Positions 18,608 through 28,322 of a stretch of DNA of 64,000 nucleotides are shown here, one piece after another. The position numbers were made by a program, and so were the translations under genes. The notes under the pieces are model-generated. The model was not told where the DNA came from. It made no database searches and was given only the letters and a program-made list of their open reading frames with translations. Where the stretch lies: assembly GCA_035482295.1 (NCBI GenBank), contig DATHQX010000222.1:24911-88910 (forward strand), in the 5' to 3' direction. The DNA is from Verrucomicrobiia bacterium (GTDB lineage Bacteria > Acidobacteriota > Terriglobia > Terriglobales > Acidobacteriaceae). Numbering within the stretch: position 1 is the stretch's first letter; each line of letters begins with the position of its first letter.

Positions 18608-19468
18608 ATGGCAGCATCAAAAACCTTTAACATCGGCGGCGACCTCGAGGTCAACAGACTCGGCTTCGGCGCCATGCGCATTACTGGTGAAGGCATCTGG
18701 GGAGAACCCACAGACCTTGAAGAATCCAAGCGCGTACTCAAGCGTGCAGTGGAACTGGGAGTCAACTTCATCGACACAGCTGACAGCTACGGCCCCGACG
18801 TTAGCGAGAATCTGATTGGCGAAACTTTGGCCCCCTACAAGGAAGGCCTGGTCATCGCAACCAAAGCCGGCCTGACGCGACAAGGCCCGAACCTGTGGCA
18901 GCCGGTCGGTCGGCCCGAATATCTGGCACAAGAGGTAGAAATGAGCTTGCGCCGACTGCGGACCAAGCGGATCGACCTGTGGCAGTTGCATCGCATCGAT
19001 CCCAAGGTTCCGGTGGAAGAATCTCTCGCGCCAATCGTGGAATTTCAAAAGCAAGGCAAAATCCGTCACGTCGGACTGAGCGAAGTAAAGCCGCACGAAA
19101 TCGACCGCGCCCGCAAGGTGATGAACATCGTCAGCGTGCAGAACCTGTACAACGTGGCCGATCGCCAGCATGAGGATGTACTCGAGTATTGCGAAAAGAA
19201 CAACCTGGCGTTCATTCCCTGGTTCCCTGTCGCGGCAGGCAAGCTAGCGCAGCCGGGTGGCAAACTCGATCAGCTGGCGAAGAAGCACAAAGCGACCGTT
19301 TCGCAGATCTCACTTGCGTGGCTGCTGCATCGCAGTCCGGTGATGTTGCCGATTCCAGGCACATCTTCGGTCGCACACCTGGAAGAGAATCTTAAGGCGG
19401 CGGAAATCAAGCTTTCAAAGGCGGAGATGCAGGAGATCGAAGACGTAGTGGGCCAGCGCGCGGCTTAG
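18608..19468 (+). CDS. Aldo/keto reductase
   Basis: ATG 18608 is preceded by AAGGAG. Sequence FGAMRITGEGIWG...VNFIDTADSYG...LVIATKAG...IDLWQLHRID...VGLSEV is typical of the AKR family. Confidence 0.9.
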   Translation: MAASKTFNIGGDLEVNRLGFGAMRITGEGIWGEPTDLEESKRVLKRAVELGVNFIDTADSYGPDVSENLIGETLAPYKEGLVIATKAGLTRQGPNLWQPVGRPEYLAQEVEMSLRRLRTKRIDLWQLHRIDPKVPVEESLAPIVEFQKQGKIRHVGLSEVKPHEIDRARKVMNIVSVQNLYNVADRQHEDVLEYCEKNNLAFIPWFPVAAGKLAQPGGKLDQLAKKHKATVSQISLAWLLHRSPVMLPIPGTSSVAHLEENLKAAEIKLSKAEMQEIEDVVGQRAA

Positions 19469-20029
19469 TTAGTTCAATTGAGCCAGCGCTTTGCGAACTT
19501 TATCCGCGTCTGGCCCGTCGGGCTTGAGCTTGAGGTACGCCTCGTAAGTCTGGCGTGCCTCTTCTTTTTTGCCGAGCTTCTGCTGCGCCTGAGCCAATCC
19601 AATGAGCGCTGCGGGTAAATTGGGCTGGATCTCCAGAGCCTCTTTCAAACGAGACTCCGCCGCGCGATAGTTCTTGTCTTTTAGGTAGTAGTAGCCGACA
19701 TCGACATCCTCGGCCGCCCGTTTTTGGTCGTCAGGGACTGGCCTGCCCGGTTCAGCAGCTGGCGACGACCAGCAACTGTGAAAGATGACATCGATGCAAT
19801 GGGGATCCAGCTTGTTGAGCGTGCGCTTCGCTGCAGACTTTGGCGGCTCTTCAGTAGCAGTTCCCTGGTCGGGCACAGGCGCATCGGGCGGACTTGGCGG
19901 CCCCTGGGCTTGCGGCCGGGACGTACTTTCTCCAGACGGAGTTTGCGTGCTTTGGGCGATTGCAACCACACAGCAAACGAGCAGCGTCAGCAAGAGCAAG
20001 ATAACTCGCGATGGCGCTGGTACAGACAT
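19469..20029 (-). CDS. Secreted TPR-repeat protein
   Basis: Signal peptide; a Pro/Ser/Thr-rich linker; C-terminal TPR units (YYYLKDKNYRAAESRLKEALEIQPNLPAALIGLAQAQQKLGKKEEARQTYEAYLKLKP). Confidence 0.7.
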   Translation of the reverse strand: MSVPAPSRVILLLLTLLVCCVVAIAQSTQTPSGESTSRPQAQGPPSPPDAPVPDQGTATEEPPKSAAKRTLNKLDPHCIDVIFHSCWSSPAAEPGRPVPDDQKRAAEDVDVGYYYLKDKNYRAAESRLKEALEIQPNLPAALIGLAQAQQKLGKKEEARQTYEAYLKLKPDGPDADKVRKALAQLN

Positions 20030-20032
20030 TGC

Positions 20033-21337
20033 CTAGCTGGCAACTGCAGGCGCAGTCATCCGTCGCGGCAGTAATTCACCGATCCGACGAATCTGCGCAC
20101 CCACACCTTTTAGCTTCTCTTCGATATGCTCGTAACCGCGATCGATGTGATATACGCGATCGATGATGGTCTCGCCGTCGGCAACCAGAGCCGCAATCAC
20201 CAGCGACGCCGATGCCCGCAGATCACTCGCCTGCACCGCCGCTCCGCTGAGCGCCGTCCGGCCACGCACCACTGCCCTGCTGCCTTCGATCCTGACATTG
20301 GCTCCCATGCGCACCAGTTCCAGCGCGTGCATGAAGCGGTTCTCGAAGATGTTTTCGGTGATGATGCTGGTGCCGTTCGCCTGCGTCGCCAGGGCCATAT
20401 ACTGCGCCTGCATGTCCGTCGGGAAGCCAGGATATTCTTCGGTGATGATGTCGGCGCACTTCAACGGTCCGTTGCCGACGATGCGCACTGACTCGCCATT
20501 CCTGTGAACCGTCACTCCGCAATCTTCCAGCTTCGTCAACAACGCATCGAGATGGATCGGATCGCAACTGGTAACGGTCAGATCGCCCCCGGTCAGAGCT
20601 CCCGCGATGATGAATGTGCCAGCTTCAATGCGATCAGGAATAATGCGATGCCGAGCGCCGTGCAGCTTCTCGACTCCGTGAACCCGAATGGTTTGGGTAC
20701 CGGCGCCTTCAACCTGCGCGCCCATTTTGTTCAGCAACACCGCTAAATCGACCACTTCGGGCTCACGCGCGCAATTCTCCAGAACCGTCTCGCCCTCAGC
20801 GAGGGTCGCCGCCATGAGCAAATCTTCTGTTCCAGTGACCGTGATCTTCTCGAAGACAATGCGCGCGCCCTTTAGCCTCTCGGCGCTGGCCTGGATGTAG
20901 CCATGCTCCTGCGTGATCTTCGCTCCCAGCTTCTCCAGCCCCTTGATGTGCAAATCGATTGGGCGGGCGCCAATGGCGCAACCACCCGGCAGAGAAACAC
21001 GGGCACTCTTCATACGGGCGACCAACGGCCCCAGCACCAGTGTCGAAGCGCGCATAGTCTTTACCAGCTCGTACGACGCTTCGGGATTCACCAGGTCGCG
21101 ACAGCAGATGGTGGTGCGGTGCTGGGCACGTCCGTAGCCCAGTTCGACTTCGGCGCCCATGGCAGACAGCAGCTTGCGCTCCGTCTCGATGTCACGGACC
21201 TGCGGAATGTTTTCGAGTATGACCGGCTCTTCGGTCAGCAGAGCCGCGGCCATTGCCGGTAGAGCGGCGTTTTTGGCGCCGCTGATTCGCACTGTTCCCA
21301 GCAGCGGATTGCCGCCACGAATGACGAACTTATCCAT
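20033..21337 (-). CDS. murA: UDP-N-acetylglucosamine 1-carboxyvinyltransferase
   Basis: MDKFVIRGGNPLLGTVRISGAKNAALPAMAAALLTEEPVILENIPQVRDI...; the active-site region LPGGCAIGARPIDLH is present. Start at ATG 21337 rather than the upstream Met at 21385. Confidence 0.95.
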   Translation of the reverse strand: MDKFVIRGGNPLLGTVRISGAKNAALPAMAAALLTEEPVILENIPQVRDIETERKLLSAMGAEVELGYGRAQHRTTICCRDLVNPEASYELVKTMRASTLVLGPLVARMKSARVSLPGGCAIGARPIDLHIKGLEKLGAKITQEHGYIQASAERLKGARIVFEKITVTGTEDLLMAATLAEGETVLENCAREPEVVDLAVLLNKMGAQVEGAGTQTIRVHGVEKLHGARHRIIPDRIEAGTFIIAGALTGGDLTVTSCDPIHLDALLTKLEDCGVTVHRNGESVRIVGNGPLKCADIITEEYPGFPTDMQAQYMALATQANGTSIITENIFENRFMHALELVRMGANVRIEGSRAVVRGRTALSGAAVQASDLRASASLVIAALVADGETIIDRVYHIDRGYEHIEEKLKGVGAQIRRIGELLPRRMTAPAVAS

Positions 21338-21706
21338 CAGAGAGTTTCCTAACCTGAAACTACGTACGCCGAACTTCGGTATCAAGGCGTTACCTCATTT
21401 TACGAGTAATCTGGCCAGGAGTCCGAACGGCAGTTACAGACCTTGGGAATACGGCGCTCAGGTCGAATCCGACTCACAAACACGGGTGCGCTCGCAATAG
21501 CGCGGGAAGCAGTCACCAGGGATTTCTAAACCGTTGACAAAGAGGCCGCGCAAGAAAGGGACTCTCGGACGTTCCCTTTTTGATGCGGCGCAGTATATAG
21601 CAGTGAGGCCTGTGGAAAGCAGAAAATCCGGAGCTCCCGCTGACGAAGATGCGCCCGGGCGGTATGATTTGGCTCACGGTCCAAGGTGAGTCGTCTGGAG
21701 GATGTG

Positions 21707-22447
21707 ATGGCAAGAACGAAATTCTGCATTCCTACGATGTTGGTGGCCCTACTCTTCGGCATACTCGGCCTGAACATGCTGGCGACTGCGCAGGAGCAAG
21801 CGACCAAAATCATTCCAAATTCGGTCTGGGTGGGCGCCGATGGCAAGTTCGAAAGCGATCCCGACACAGCTCTGGTCCAATTCGGTATTTCGGCGCAACA
21901 GGAGAAGCTGCAGGATGCGAGCCAGCAGGCCACAGAGGCCGCCGAAAAGGTTCGCCAGCTTCTGCGCTCTAACGGCATCGACCCCAGCCAGGCGCAGATC
22001 AGCCGCTTCGCGACCCAACCGGTCTACGACTACAACAATCCCAAGCGCAAACTGGTCGGTTATCGCGTTGAGGCGAACATTAGCGTCAAGGTGAAGGATT
22101 TCTCTAAGATCGGACCAATCTCCGACGGCCTGGCAAACATGGATGTCACCGACACCTCCATCAGCTACCTGCTCGACAACATGGACGCTGCGAAGATCAA
22201 AGCTGTTCAGGATGCGCTGCGGCGTGCGAAAGACGAAGCCAATGCGGTGGCGCAGTCCAGCGGGCGCGCTCTGGGCGAGCTTTCCTATGCGTCAGTAGAT
22301 ACCTTCGAGCAGCAGCCCGTGCGGCCGATGATGATGAAGGTACAGGCAGCTGCCGGTGTTAGTTCAACTCCTCCTCCTACTGCCGAATTCAGCGCCGAAA
22401 AGATAACCGTAACTGCGCACGTGAACGCTCTGTTTGGCCTAAAATAA
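21707..22447 (+). CDS. SIMPL-domain (DUF541) periplasmic protein
   Basis: ATG 21707 follows GGAGGA; signal peptide; ...LVGYRVEANISVKVKDFSKIGPI...AKIKAVQDALRRAKDEANAVAQSSG...ITVTAHVNALFGL resembles the 26-kDa periplasmic immunogenic protein family. Confidence 0.8.
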   Translation: MARTKFCIPTMLVALLFGILGLNMLATAQEQATKIIPNSVWVGADGKFESDPDTALVQFGISAQQEKLQDASQQATEAAEKVRQLLRSNGIDPSQAQISRFATQPVYDYNNPKRKLVGYRVEANISVKVKDFSKIGPISDGLANMDVTDTSISYLLDNMDAAKIKAVQDALRRAKDEANAVAQSSGRALGELSYASVDTFEQQPVRPMMMKVQAAAGVSSTPPPTAEFSAEKITVTAHVNALFGLK

Positions 22448-22536
22448 GGGGCATTCGGCGGGCTGCTCGATGGGGGCCGCGACTTTCGGTTATCCGCCGC
22501 GTTCAAGCAAGTACAGCCGCCCACTTGGAGGAAGCA

Positions 22537-23268
22537 ATGAGAGCAATCGCCGCGTTCGTCGGAGCGACTATCAGCTTCGCACTTGCCGTCCCGGCTTCCC
22601 CGCAGACCAGCCAGGATCCGCCACATCTGACTCCAAGGAATGGCATAACCACGCCTGCTCCGCCCGATCCCGCGCCCGTTCTACCGATCACTGTTGCCTC
22701 CGGCACGAAGATTCCGCTCACCCTGAAACAGGGCATCACGACAAAGAGCGCGCGTCCCGGAGATCCCGTCTATGCGCAGACCGCTTTTCCGATTACCGCC
22801 GACAATCAGATTGTCATTCCCGCGGGGACATTCGTTCAAGGCGAGGTCCTAAGGGTGGTGCGTCCAGGCCGAGTGAAAGGACGCGCCGAACTTCAGATGA
22901 GCTTCACCTCGATGATCTTTCCCAACGGCTACACCGTAATGCTACCTGGAGCGGTACAGGGCACGCCCGGTTCCACCACCAACACGATGAAGGGCAAGGA
23001 AGGAACGATCCAAGGTGACAGTAGTAAGGGCAAAGATGTCGGCACTGTGGTGGGTGCGACAATTCCCGGCGCTGCTATTGGTGCTCTGGCTGACGGAGGC
23101 AAGGGAGCGGCGATCGGCGCCGCCAGCGGTGGTGTCCTAGGCTTGGCGACGGTGCTGCTCACGCGCGGTCCCGAGGTCACGCTAGGGACCGGTGAATCCG
23201 TGGAGATGGTGCTGGAAAGCAACATCGAACTGGATCCCACGAAGATTCACAAGCCAGTCGCGCAGTGA
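22537..23268 (+). CDS. Secreted hypothetical protein with a C-terminal glycine-zipper segment
   Basis: Signal peptide MRAIAAFVGATISFALAVPASPQ; the ATG follows GGAGGA; GATIPGAAIGALADGGKGAAIGAASGGVLGLATVLL is glycine-zipper-like. Confidence 0.5.
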   Translation: MRAIAAFVGATISFALAVPASPQTSQDPPHLTPRNGITTPAPPDPAPVLPITVASGTKIPLTLKQGITTKSARPGDPVYAQTAFPITADNQIVIPAGTFVQGEVLRVVRPGRVKGRAELQMSFTSMIFPNGYTVMLPGAVQGTPGSTTNTMKGKEGTIQGDSSKGKDVGTVVGATIPGAAIGALADGGKGAAIGAASGGVLGLATVLLTRGPEVTLGTGESVEMVLESNIELDPTKIHKPVAQ

Positions 23269-23601
23269 TTGCTCAATCCGCACGCACCGCGAAGACAAAT
23301 GTCCAACTCTCGGTCACCTGTGGCGTCCAGTTTTTGTACGATTCAACTCCTTTGCCCGTTGACAATGCTTCGTCATTCTTTGCAAACCTAAGCAAACATT
23401 GCCATCTTGTTTTCCACAAGCGGCGTGGCAGCCTACCTGCTTTAGTCGATTAGCACGTTTGAATCAATGCAAAGTAGCACGTTGATGGTTTGCCAGTTTG
23501 CTATCGGCTGACAACTCTCAAGAAATTAGTGGCTGCTCGTTTCCAGGAGGGTTTGGGACTGGGAATGGCGAAGCCATGCGCTTGTTCCGCGCGCCGCTGC
23601 T

Positions 23602-24108
23602 ATGAAACTAGACCGCAATCGTCGCTGTTGGCTCGCGGCCTACACGCGCTCGAATCACGAGCGACAAGTGGCGCGACAACTGGGTCAGAAGAATCTTGAA
23701 TATCTGCTGCCGACTTACCATCGCATGGTGCGCTGGACAGACAGGGTCAAGCGAGTCGAAATCCCTCTTTTTCCCAGCTACATTTTCGTGCATATCTGCG
23801 AATCGGAACGCGTTTCTCTACTGGAGACGGTCGGCATCCTCCATCTGGTTTCATCGGCAGGTGCGTTAGCCGTGCTTGCGGACGAGGACATTGCCCGTAT
23901 TCAGTCCTGTTGCCTGGGTTCAGGCGACGTTGAGCCTCATCCCTATCTCAGGATCGGGAACCGGGTTCGCGTAAAGCATGGCCCCTTCATCGGATGGGTG
24001 GGCACGCTGCTGGAAAAGCAGAACTCCCGCCGGCTCATCGTCTCCATCGATCAAATCATGAAGTCCATCTCCATCAACCTGCACGCCGCTGATGTCGAGC
24101 CACTGTAA
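23602..24108 (+). CDS. NusG-paralog transcription antiterminator (UpxY/RfaH-like; NGN plus KOW)
   Basis: WLAAYTRSNHERQVARQLGQKNLEYLLP...IPLFPSYIFVHI (NGN domain) and a C-terminal KOW (RIGNRVRVKHGPFIGWVGTLLEK). It is the first gene of the EPS locus, preceded by a non-coding region of about 330 nt. Confidence 0.8.
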   Translation: MKLDRNRRCWLAAYTRSNHERQVARQLGQKNLEYLLPTYHRMVRWTDRVKRVEIPLFPSYIFVHICESERVSLLETVGILHLVSSAGALAVLADEDIARIQSCCLGSGDVEPHPYLRIGNRVRVKHGPFIGWVGTLLEKQNSRRLIVSIDQIMKSISINLHAADVEPL

Positions 24109-24153
24109 CTGCTTCGAACAATCGTCGGGTGTTATCTCGGAAACCTAACTTCC

Positions 24154-25140
24154 ATGGGAACTCCTTCACGTTCTCTCTCGGTCTCTGCCGCGTCATCTCT
24201 AGGCACTGGAAATCATTCAAACCTTCTGACGAAGTTGTTGAGTCATGAGAGAGTGTTGGACGTTGGTATCGTCACCGCCTCCGTTTTTTTCGCCAGCGCT
24301 CTTCGGCAGCTGTTGAAAGCCGGGTATTCGCTCTCGTTAACTACGCTGTCTGCCGCTTGCTTTTCCCTGGTGTTGATTGTCCCCTTAGAGAACCACCTTG
24401 CGCACGAGCCATCGACGAGTCCCCTGAATATCCGGCGGACTGAGCATTCGTTGAGAGTGAGCTGCATAGCATGTGCGGGAGCAATGCTGACCTCTCAATG
24501 GATTGCTCCCTCAATGCCGCGGCTCCAATTCTGGCTACTTCTGGCGCCTACATTCATTGCTCTGACGCCCCAAAGCTCGAGGCTCGTCAACGTCAGCAAG
24601 CGATTGTTTGACCTGTTGTTAGGTAGTCTTGGCTTAGTTCCCTTGATCGCTTTGACGCCCTTGCTTGCACTCCTGGTAAAGCTCTCTTCCCGGGGGCCCG
24701 TGTTCTTCTCGCAGATCCGGGTTGGAAAAAATGGTCAATTGTTCCCGATATACAAATTCCGCACGATGTACTTGGACGCACCCAGGTACGGTTACTCGCC
24801 CAAAGGCAGTCGGGATCCTCGAGTGACGCCGACAGGAAGAGCGCTGCGTCGTTCTAAGCTGGACGAATTGCCGCAGCTGATCAACGTTTTGCTTGGCCAA
24901 ATGTCGCTGGTCGGGCCTCGACCGGAAATGCCATTCATCGTTGAGCAGTACACTGCGATTCAACGTCAACGGCTGGCCCTCACGCCCGGCATAACTGGGT
25001 TGTGGCAAATCAGCGAGCATCGGACCGCTCCCATTCATGAGCACCTGGAGTACGACTTTTATTACGCCGAACATCGCTCCATGATTTTGGATCTCGCGAT
25101 CATTTGCCGCACCGCATCGTGCCTCATCGGGAAGACTTGA
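24154..25140 (+). CDS. Initiating undecaprenyl-phosphate sugar-phosphotransferase (bacterial sugar transferase family, WbaP/EpsL-like)
   Basis: N-terminal TM segments, then KRLFDLLLG...SSRGPVFFSQIRVGKNGQLFPIYKFRTM...PRVTPTGRALRRSKLDELPQLINVLLGQMSLVGPRPE. Confidence 0.9.
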   Translation: MGTPSRSLSVSAASSLGTGNHSNLLTKLLSHERVLDVGIVTASVFFASALRQLLKAGYSLSLTTLSAACFSLVLIVPLENHLAHEPSTSPLNIRRTEHSLRVSCIACAGAMLTSQWIAPSMPRLQFWLLLAPTFIALTPQSSRLVNVSKRLFDLLLGSLGLVPLIALTPLLALLVKLSSRGPVFFSQIRVGKNGQLFPIYKFRTMYLDAPRYGYSPKGSRDPRVTPTGRALRRSKLDELPQLINVLLGQMSLVGPRPEMPFIVEQYTAIQRQRLALTPGITGLWQISEHRTAPIHEHLEYDFYYAEHRSMILDLAIICRTASCLIGKT

Positions 25141-25171
25141 ACTTTATTCATCAACTTCACCGACGTAGTAC

Positions 25172-27388
25172 TTGCTCCTCAGCGTTGAACCGACCCACCT
25201 AGTGAAAGCTAATTCAAACGAACAGTTGAGAATCCCTCAGCACACCGAGCGCGAGGAACTGCTCTTACCTGAGCTTTGGCGAATGCTGCGAATTCGCTGG
25301 CGCGTACTAGCGGCATGCGTCTCTCTGTGTTTGCTCCTGTCGATCCTGTACATAATCGTCCGCTCACCTCGCTACGAGGCGATTGCAGAGATCGAAGTCA
25401 GTCCGGTTGGCACCAATTCCATGGGGCTCGATGAACTAGCAACCCGGGTGCTGAATCCTTCCGACCCAACCATTCAGCTACAGAGTGCGGCAACGGTACT
25501 GCAAAGCAAAACCGTGGCTCTGGCCGTGATGCAGCAAACCCGGCTCGCTGAGAGGAAGGATTTTGCCGGCGCCTGGATTCAGCCAGCGGACACAGACGTC
25601 ATGGAGCTGTCACCCGAGATCCGCGATCACTTGCTCCGACGCTTTCAAAAGAACCTGAAAGTCGAGATTGTCCCCAAGACCGATATTCTGAGCGTGCAGT
25701 TTCGCACTACCGATCCAAAACTCGCGGCAGAAGTGGTCAACGCGACGGTGAGCTGCTATACGGAAAGGAATTTTCACAGCAGCTACGATGCTGCCAGCCA
25801 GGTAACGACCTGGCTTTCGGCGCAGATGGACGATCTCAAACTGAAAGCAAACCAGGCACAGGAAAAGCTGTCGGAATTACAAAAACGCCGAGGCCTGATC
25901 GGCGTCGATGAAACCGACAACATCATTACCGACAAGCTGAAGGACCTGAACGAGCAGCTGACCACCGCGGAATCGGACCGGATCGTGAAAGAGGCTCGGT
26001 ATCGGATCGCTGGCTCGGGCAATCCTGAATTGATCGCCTCCACCGTTCCCGAGCCGACGTTGCAGGTGTTGCGCTCACAGCAGGCGCAGTTGCGTGTCGA
26101 TTACGCCAAGCTCAGCACCAAGTTCGGAGAGGGATACCCGAAACTGGCGGAGTTGGGTAACGAGATGGCGCAAGTCGATGCCGCCATCCACGCTGAGTTG
26201 AAGAACCTGGCTGAGCGCTACAAGAACGAGTATCTGGCTGCCGCCAATGCGGAAAAAATGTTGCAGTCTAAGTTCGAGGAGCAGAAGCAAAAGGCCTACG
26301 ACTTGAATCAGGGAGCAGCCCAGTACGCCATACTCAAACACGAAGTCGAAACGACGCAGGACCTCTATCAGACCCTGCAGCTGAAGTTGAAGCAGGCTGG
26401 AATCATGGCGGGACTGGCTTCAGCAAATATCGGCATCGTCGAGCCTGCCCAGGTCCCGTCCGAACCGGTCGACCCCAGACCAATCCTTGACATCGGGCTG
26501 GGGCTGGGGTGTGGTGCGGTTCTTGGGCTTCTGACCGCCGCAGGCCTGGAAGCGCTGGACGCAACGGTGCGCAACGGCGAAGAGATCGAGTGCCTCACCT
26601 CTCTGCCAACCTTGGCTGAGATCCCACGTTTTGTCGCGAGAAAGCCAAGGCGTTATGCCGAGGCGGTTACTTCGAGAGCGTCCGACACACATTGGCAATT
26701 GGTCACCCATTATCAGCCTCAGTCGTCGTTTGCCGAATCCTATCGGTGCCTACGGACTTCACTCCTGCGCCTAGGAACTCGTCCGCCGAAGTTAGTGGTG
26801 GTTGTCAGTTGCCTCCCAGGCGAAGGAAAGACGGTCACCGCGATCAATTGTGCGGTTGTGTTGGCGCAGCAGGGGGCAAGGGTTCTCCTGGTCGACGCGG
26901 ACCTGCGCAAGCCATCGGTGCACGTAGCCTTCGGACTCCCGCAGAACCCCGGCTTGACTGCCATCCTGTCGGGTCGGTGCAAGGAAAGCGAAGCCGTCGC
27001 AACCTCGGAAGTTCTTCCCAACCTTTCAGTCTTGCCTGCCGGGGAGAACCGCCCCTTTCCCGCCGAGATGCTGGCATCCGTAGGCATGGCAGCGCTTCTT
27101 GAGGACTGGCGCTTGCGATACGACCACATCGTAATGGATACGGCTCCGATCTCCGTCTTTACGGACGCCGCAGTTGTGGGTTGTCAGGCCGATGCTGTTT
27201 TGGTCATAGCACGCTGGGGGACGACCACAAAATACGCACTGCGCCACGCGTGCGATCAGATGACTCGATCCGGCGCCAATCTCGCCGGAATCGTTTTGAC
27301 GGACATCGATCAGAACTACGACAACTCGTACTACCACCGATACGGGTATGGCTTCAGCCGATCAGATGCCAGGCACCTGGACAACTAG
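25172..27388 (+). CDS. Polysaccharide co-polymerase / BY-tyrosine kinase (Wzc/GumC-like, PCP-2a)
   Basis: Wzz-type N-terminal TM plus a long coiled-coil periplasmic region and a second TM. Cytoplasmic kinase with Walker A PGEGKTVTA, A' LLVDADLRKP, B IVMDTAP, and a C-terminal Tyr cluster NYDNSYYHRYGYGF. The start is uncertain (TTG 25172 or GTG 25202). Confidence 0.9.
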   Translation: MLLSVEPTHLVKANSNEQLRIPQHTEREELLLPELWRMLRIRWRVLAACVSLCLLLSILYIIVRSPRYEAIAEIEVSPVGTNSMGLDELATRVLNPSDPTIQLQSAATVLQSKTVALAVMQQTRLAERKDFAGAWIQPADTDVMELSPEIRDHLLRRFQKNLKVEIVPKTDILSVQFRTTDPKLAAEVVNATVSCYTERNFHSSYDAASQVTTWLSAQMDDLKLKANQAQEKLSELQKRRGLIGVDETDNIITDKLKDLNEQLTTAESDRIVKEARYRIAGSGNPELIASTVPEPTLQVLRSQQAQLRVDYAKLSTKFGEGYPKLAELGNEMAQVDAAIHAELKNLAERYKNEYLAAANAEKMLQSKFEEQKQKAYDLNQGAAQYAILKHEVETTQDLYQTLQLKLKQAGIMAGLASANIGIVEPAQVPSEPVDPRPILDIGLGLGCGAVLGLLTAAGLEALDATVRNGEEIECLTSLPTLAEIPRFVARKPRRYAEAVTSRASDTHWQLVTHYQPQSSFAESYRCLRTSLLRLGTRPPKLVVVVSCLPGEGKTVTAINCAVVLAQQGARVLLVDADLRKPSVHVAFGLPQNPGLTAILSGRCKESEAVATSEVLPNLSVLPAGENRPFPAEMLASVGMAALLEDWRLRYDHIVMDTAPISVFTDAAVVGCQADAVLVIARWGTTTKYALRHACDQMTRSGANLAGIVLTDIDQNYDNSYYHRYGYGFSRSDARHLDN

Positions 27389-27398
27389 GGGACGACAC

Positions 27399-28322
27399 AT
27401 GCACAACCTTCTTCGCAAGGCATGGTTCCTCATCGCTTGCGTAGTGGTCGTCGTTTGCCCGCTGAATAACGCGAATGCGCAGTCTCCTCTTCCACCAGAG
27501 GCAGCTCTCACGAGCAATGCTCTGTTGCTCGATGCCGGCGACCTCATTGAATTACAAGTGTTCGACACGCCTGAGCTTTCCGGCAAGCTTCGAGTCGACG
27601 ATCTCGGAGAGATTAGCCTTCCAGTGGGAGGCGCTATCAGCGTTAAAGGACTCACGGCAGAACAGGCTCAGTTCGCAGTCGAGGAGCGATTCCGCGAGAA
27701 GCAGATCCTCCGTAACCCCCATGTCGAGATTCTTGTTCTGGAGTACGCGACTCAGGGAGTGACTGTTACCGGAGAAGTAAAAGCGCCTGGCGTTTACCCT
27801 TGGGCGACAAAGCACACCGTGGCAGATTTCATTGCGGTTGCTGGAGGGGTTACGCCAACCGCATCGAGAACTGTAACGGTGAACCGCCGGAACCGCGAAC
27901 AGGTCATGACCTTCCAGTTAGGGAATTCCGCACAATTGCCTAGCGGAGCCGACATGCAGGTGCGACCAGGCGACCGCATCCAGGTCAAACGCGCCGGGGT
28001 GGTTTACGTTGTCGGCGACGTCGGCAGGCCTGGCGGCTATCTGGTCGACAACACGGACACCATTACGGTCCTGGAGGCACTGGCGCTGGCGCAAGGCGTA
28101 AACAAAACTGCGAAATCCGAGGCGAAGCTGATTCGTAATACCTCCGCCGGGCGAACCGAGTCCGACCTTTCGCTCAAGAAGATTCTTTCTAACCACGCAG
28201 CCGATCCCAAGCTTCAGGACGGAGACATCGTGTTTGTTCCGGTCAGCGGCGGCAAGCAATTCTCAGATAAAGGTGTCAGCGCCATCCTTCAAATGGCAGT
28301 GGGACTCGCAATTTGGCAATAA
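27399..28322 (+). CDS. Outer-membrane polysaccharide export protein (Wza-like; Poly_export plus SLBB)
   Basis: ATG 27399; signal peptide MHNLLRKAWFLIACVVVVVCPLNNANAQ; LDAGDLIELQVFDTPELSG...VDDLGEISLPVGGAISVKGLT; later GDRIQV..AGVVYVVGDV (SLBB). Confidence 0.9.
   Translation: MHNLLRKAWFLIACVVVVVCPLNNANAQSPLPPEAALTSNALLLDAGDLIELQVFDTPELSGKLRVDDLGEISLPVGGAISVKGLTAEQAQFAVEERFREKQILRNPHVEILVLEYATQGVTVTGEVKAPGVYPWATKHTVADFIAVAGGVTPTASRTVTVNRRNREQVMTFQLGNSAQLPSGADMQVRPGDRIQVKRAGVVYVVGDVGRPGGYLVDNTDTITVLEALALAQGVNKTAKSEAKLIRNTSAGRTESDLSLKKILSNHAADPKLQDGDIVFVPVSGGKQFSDKGVSAILQMAVGLAIWQ

Noticed and set aside
21386-21706. Minus-strand ORFs 21513..21713 and 21526..21978 in and around the murA / SIMPL divergent region.
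   Set aside because: They overlap the well-supported SIMPL gene or the promoter region, have no motifs, and have Cys/Ser/Arg-rich composition.
23359-23387. TTGACA at 23359-23364 as a -35 element for the EPS operon.
   Set aside because: No acceptable -10 hexamer lies at 16-18 nt spacing (GCAAAC/CAAACC), and promoter consensus in this lineage is uncertain. It is not reported as a feature.
23486-23501. Sigma-54 promoter-like TGGTTTGCCAGTTTGC in the EPS leader.
   Set aside because: The GG and GC dinucleotides are separated by 11 nt (GG-N11-GC). Functional -24/-12 promoters require GG-N10-GC, so this one is off by one.
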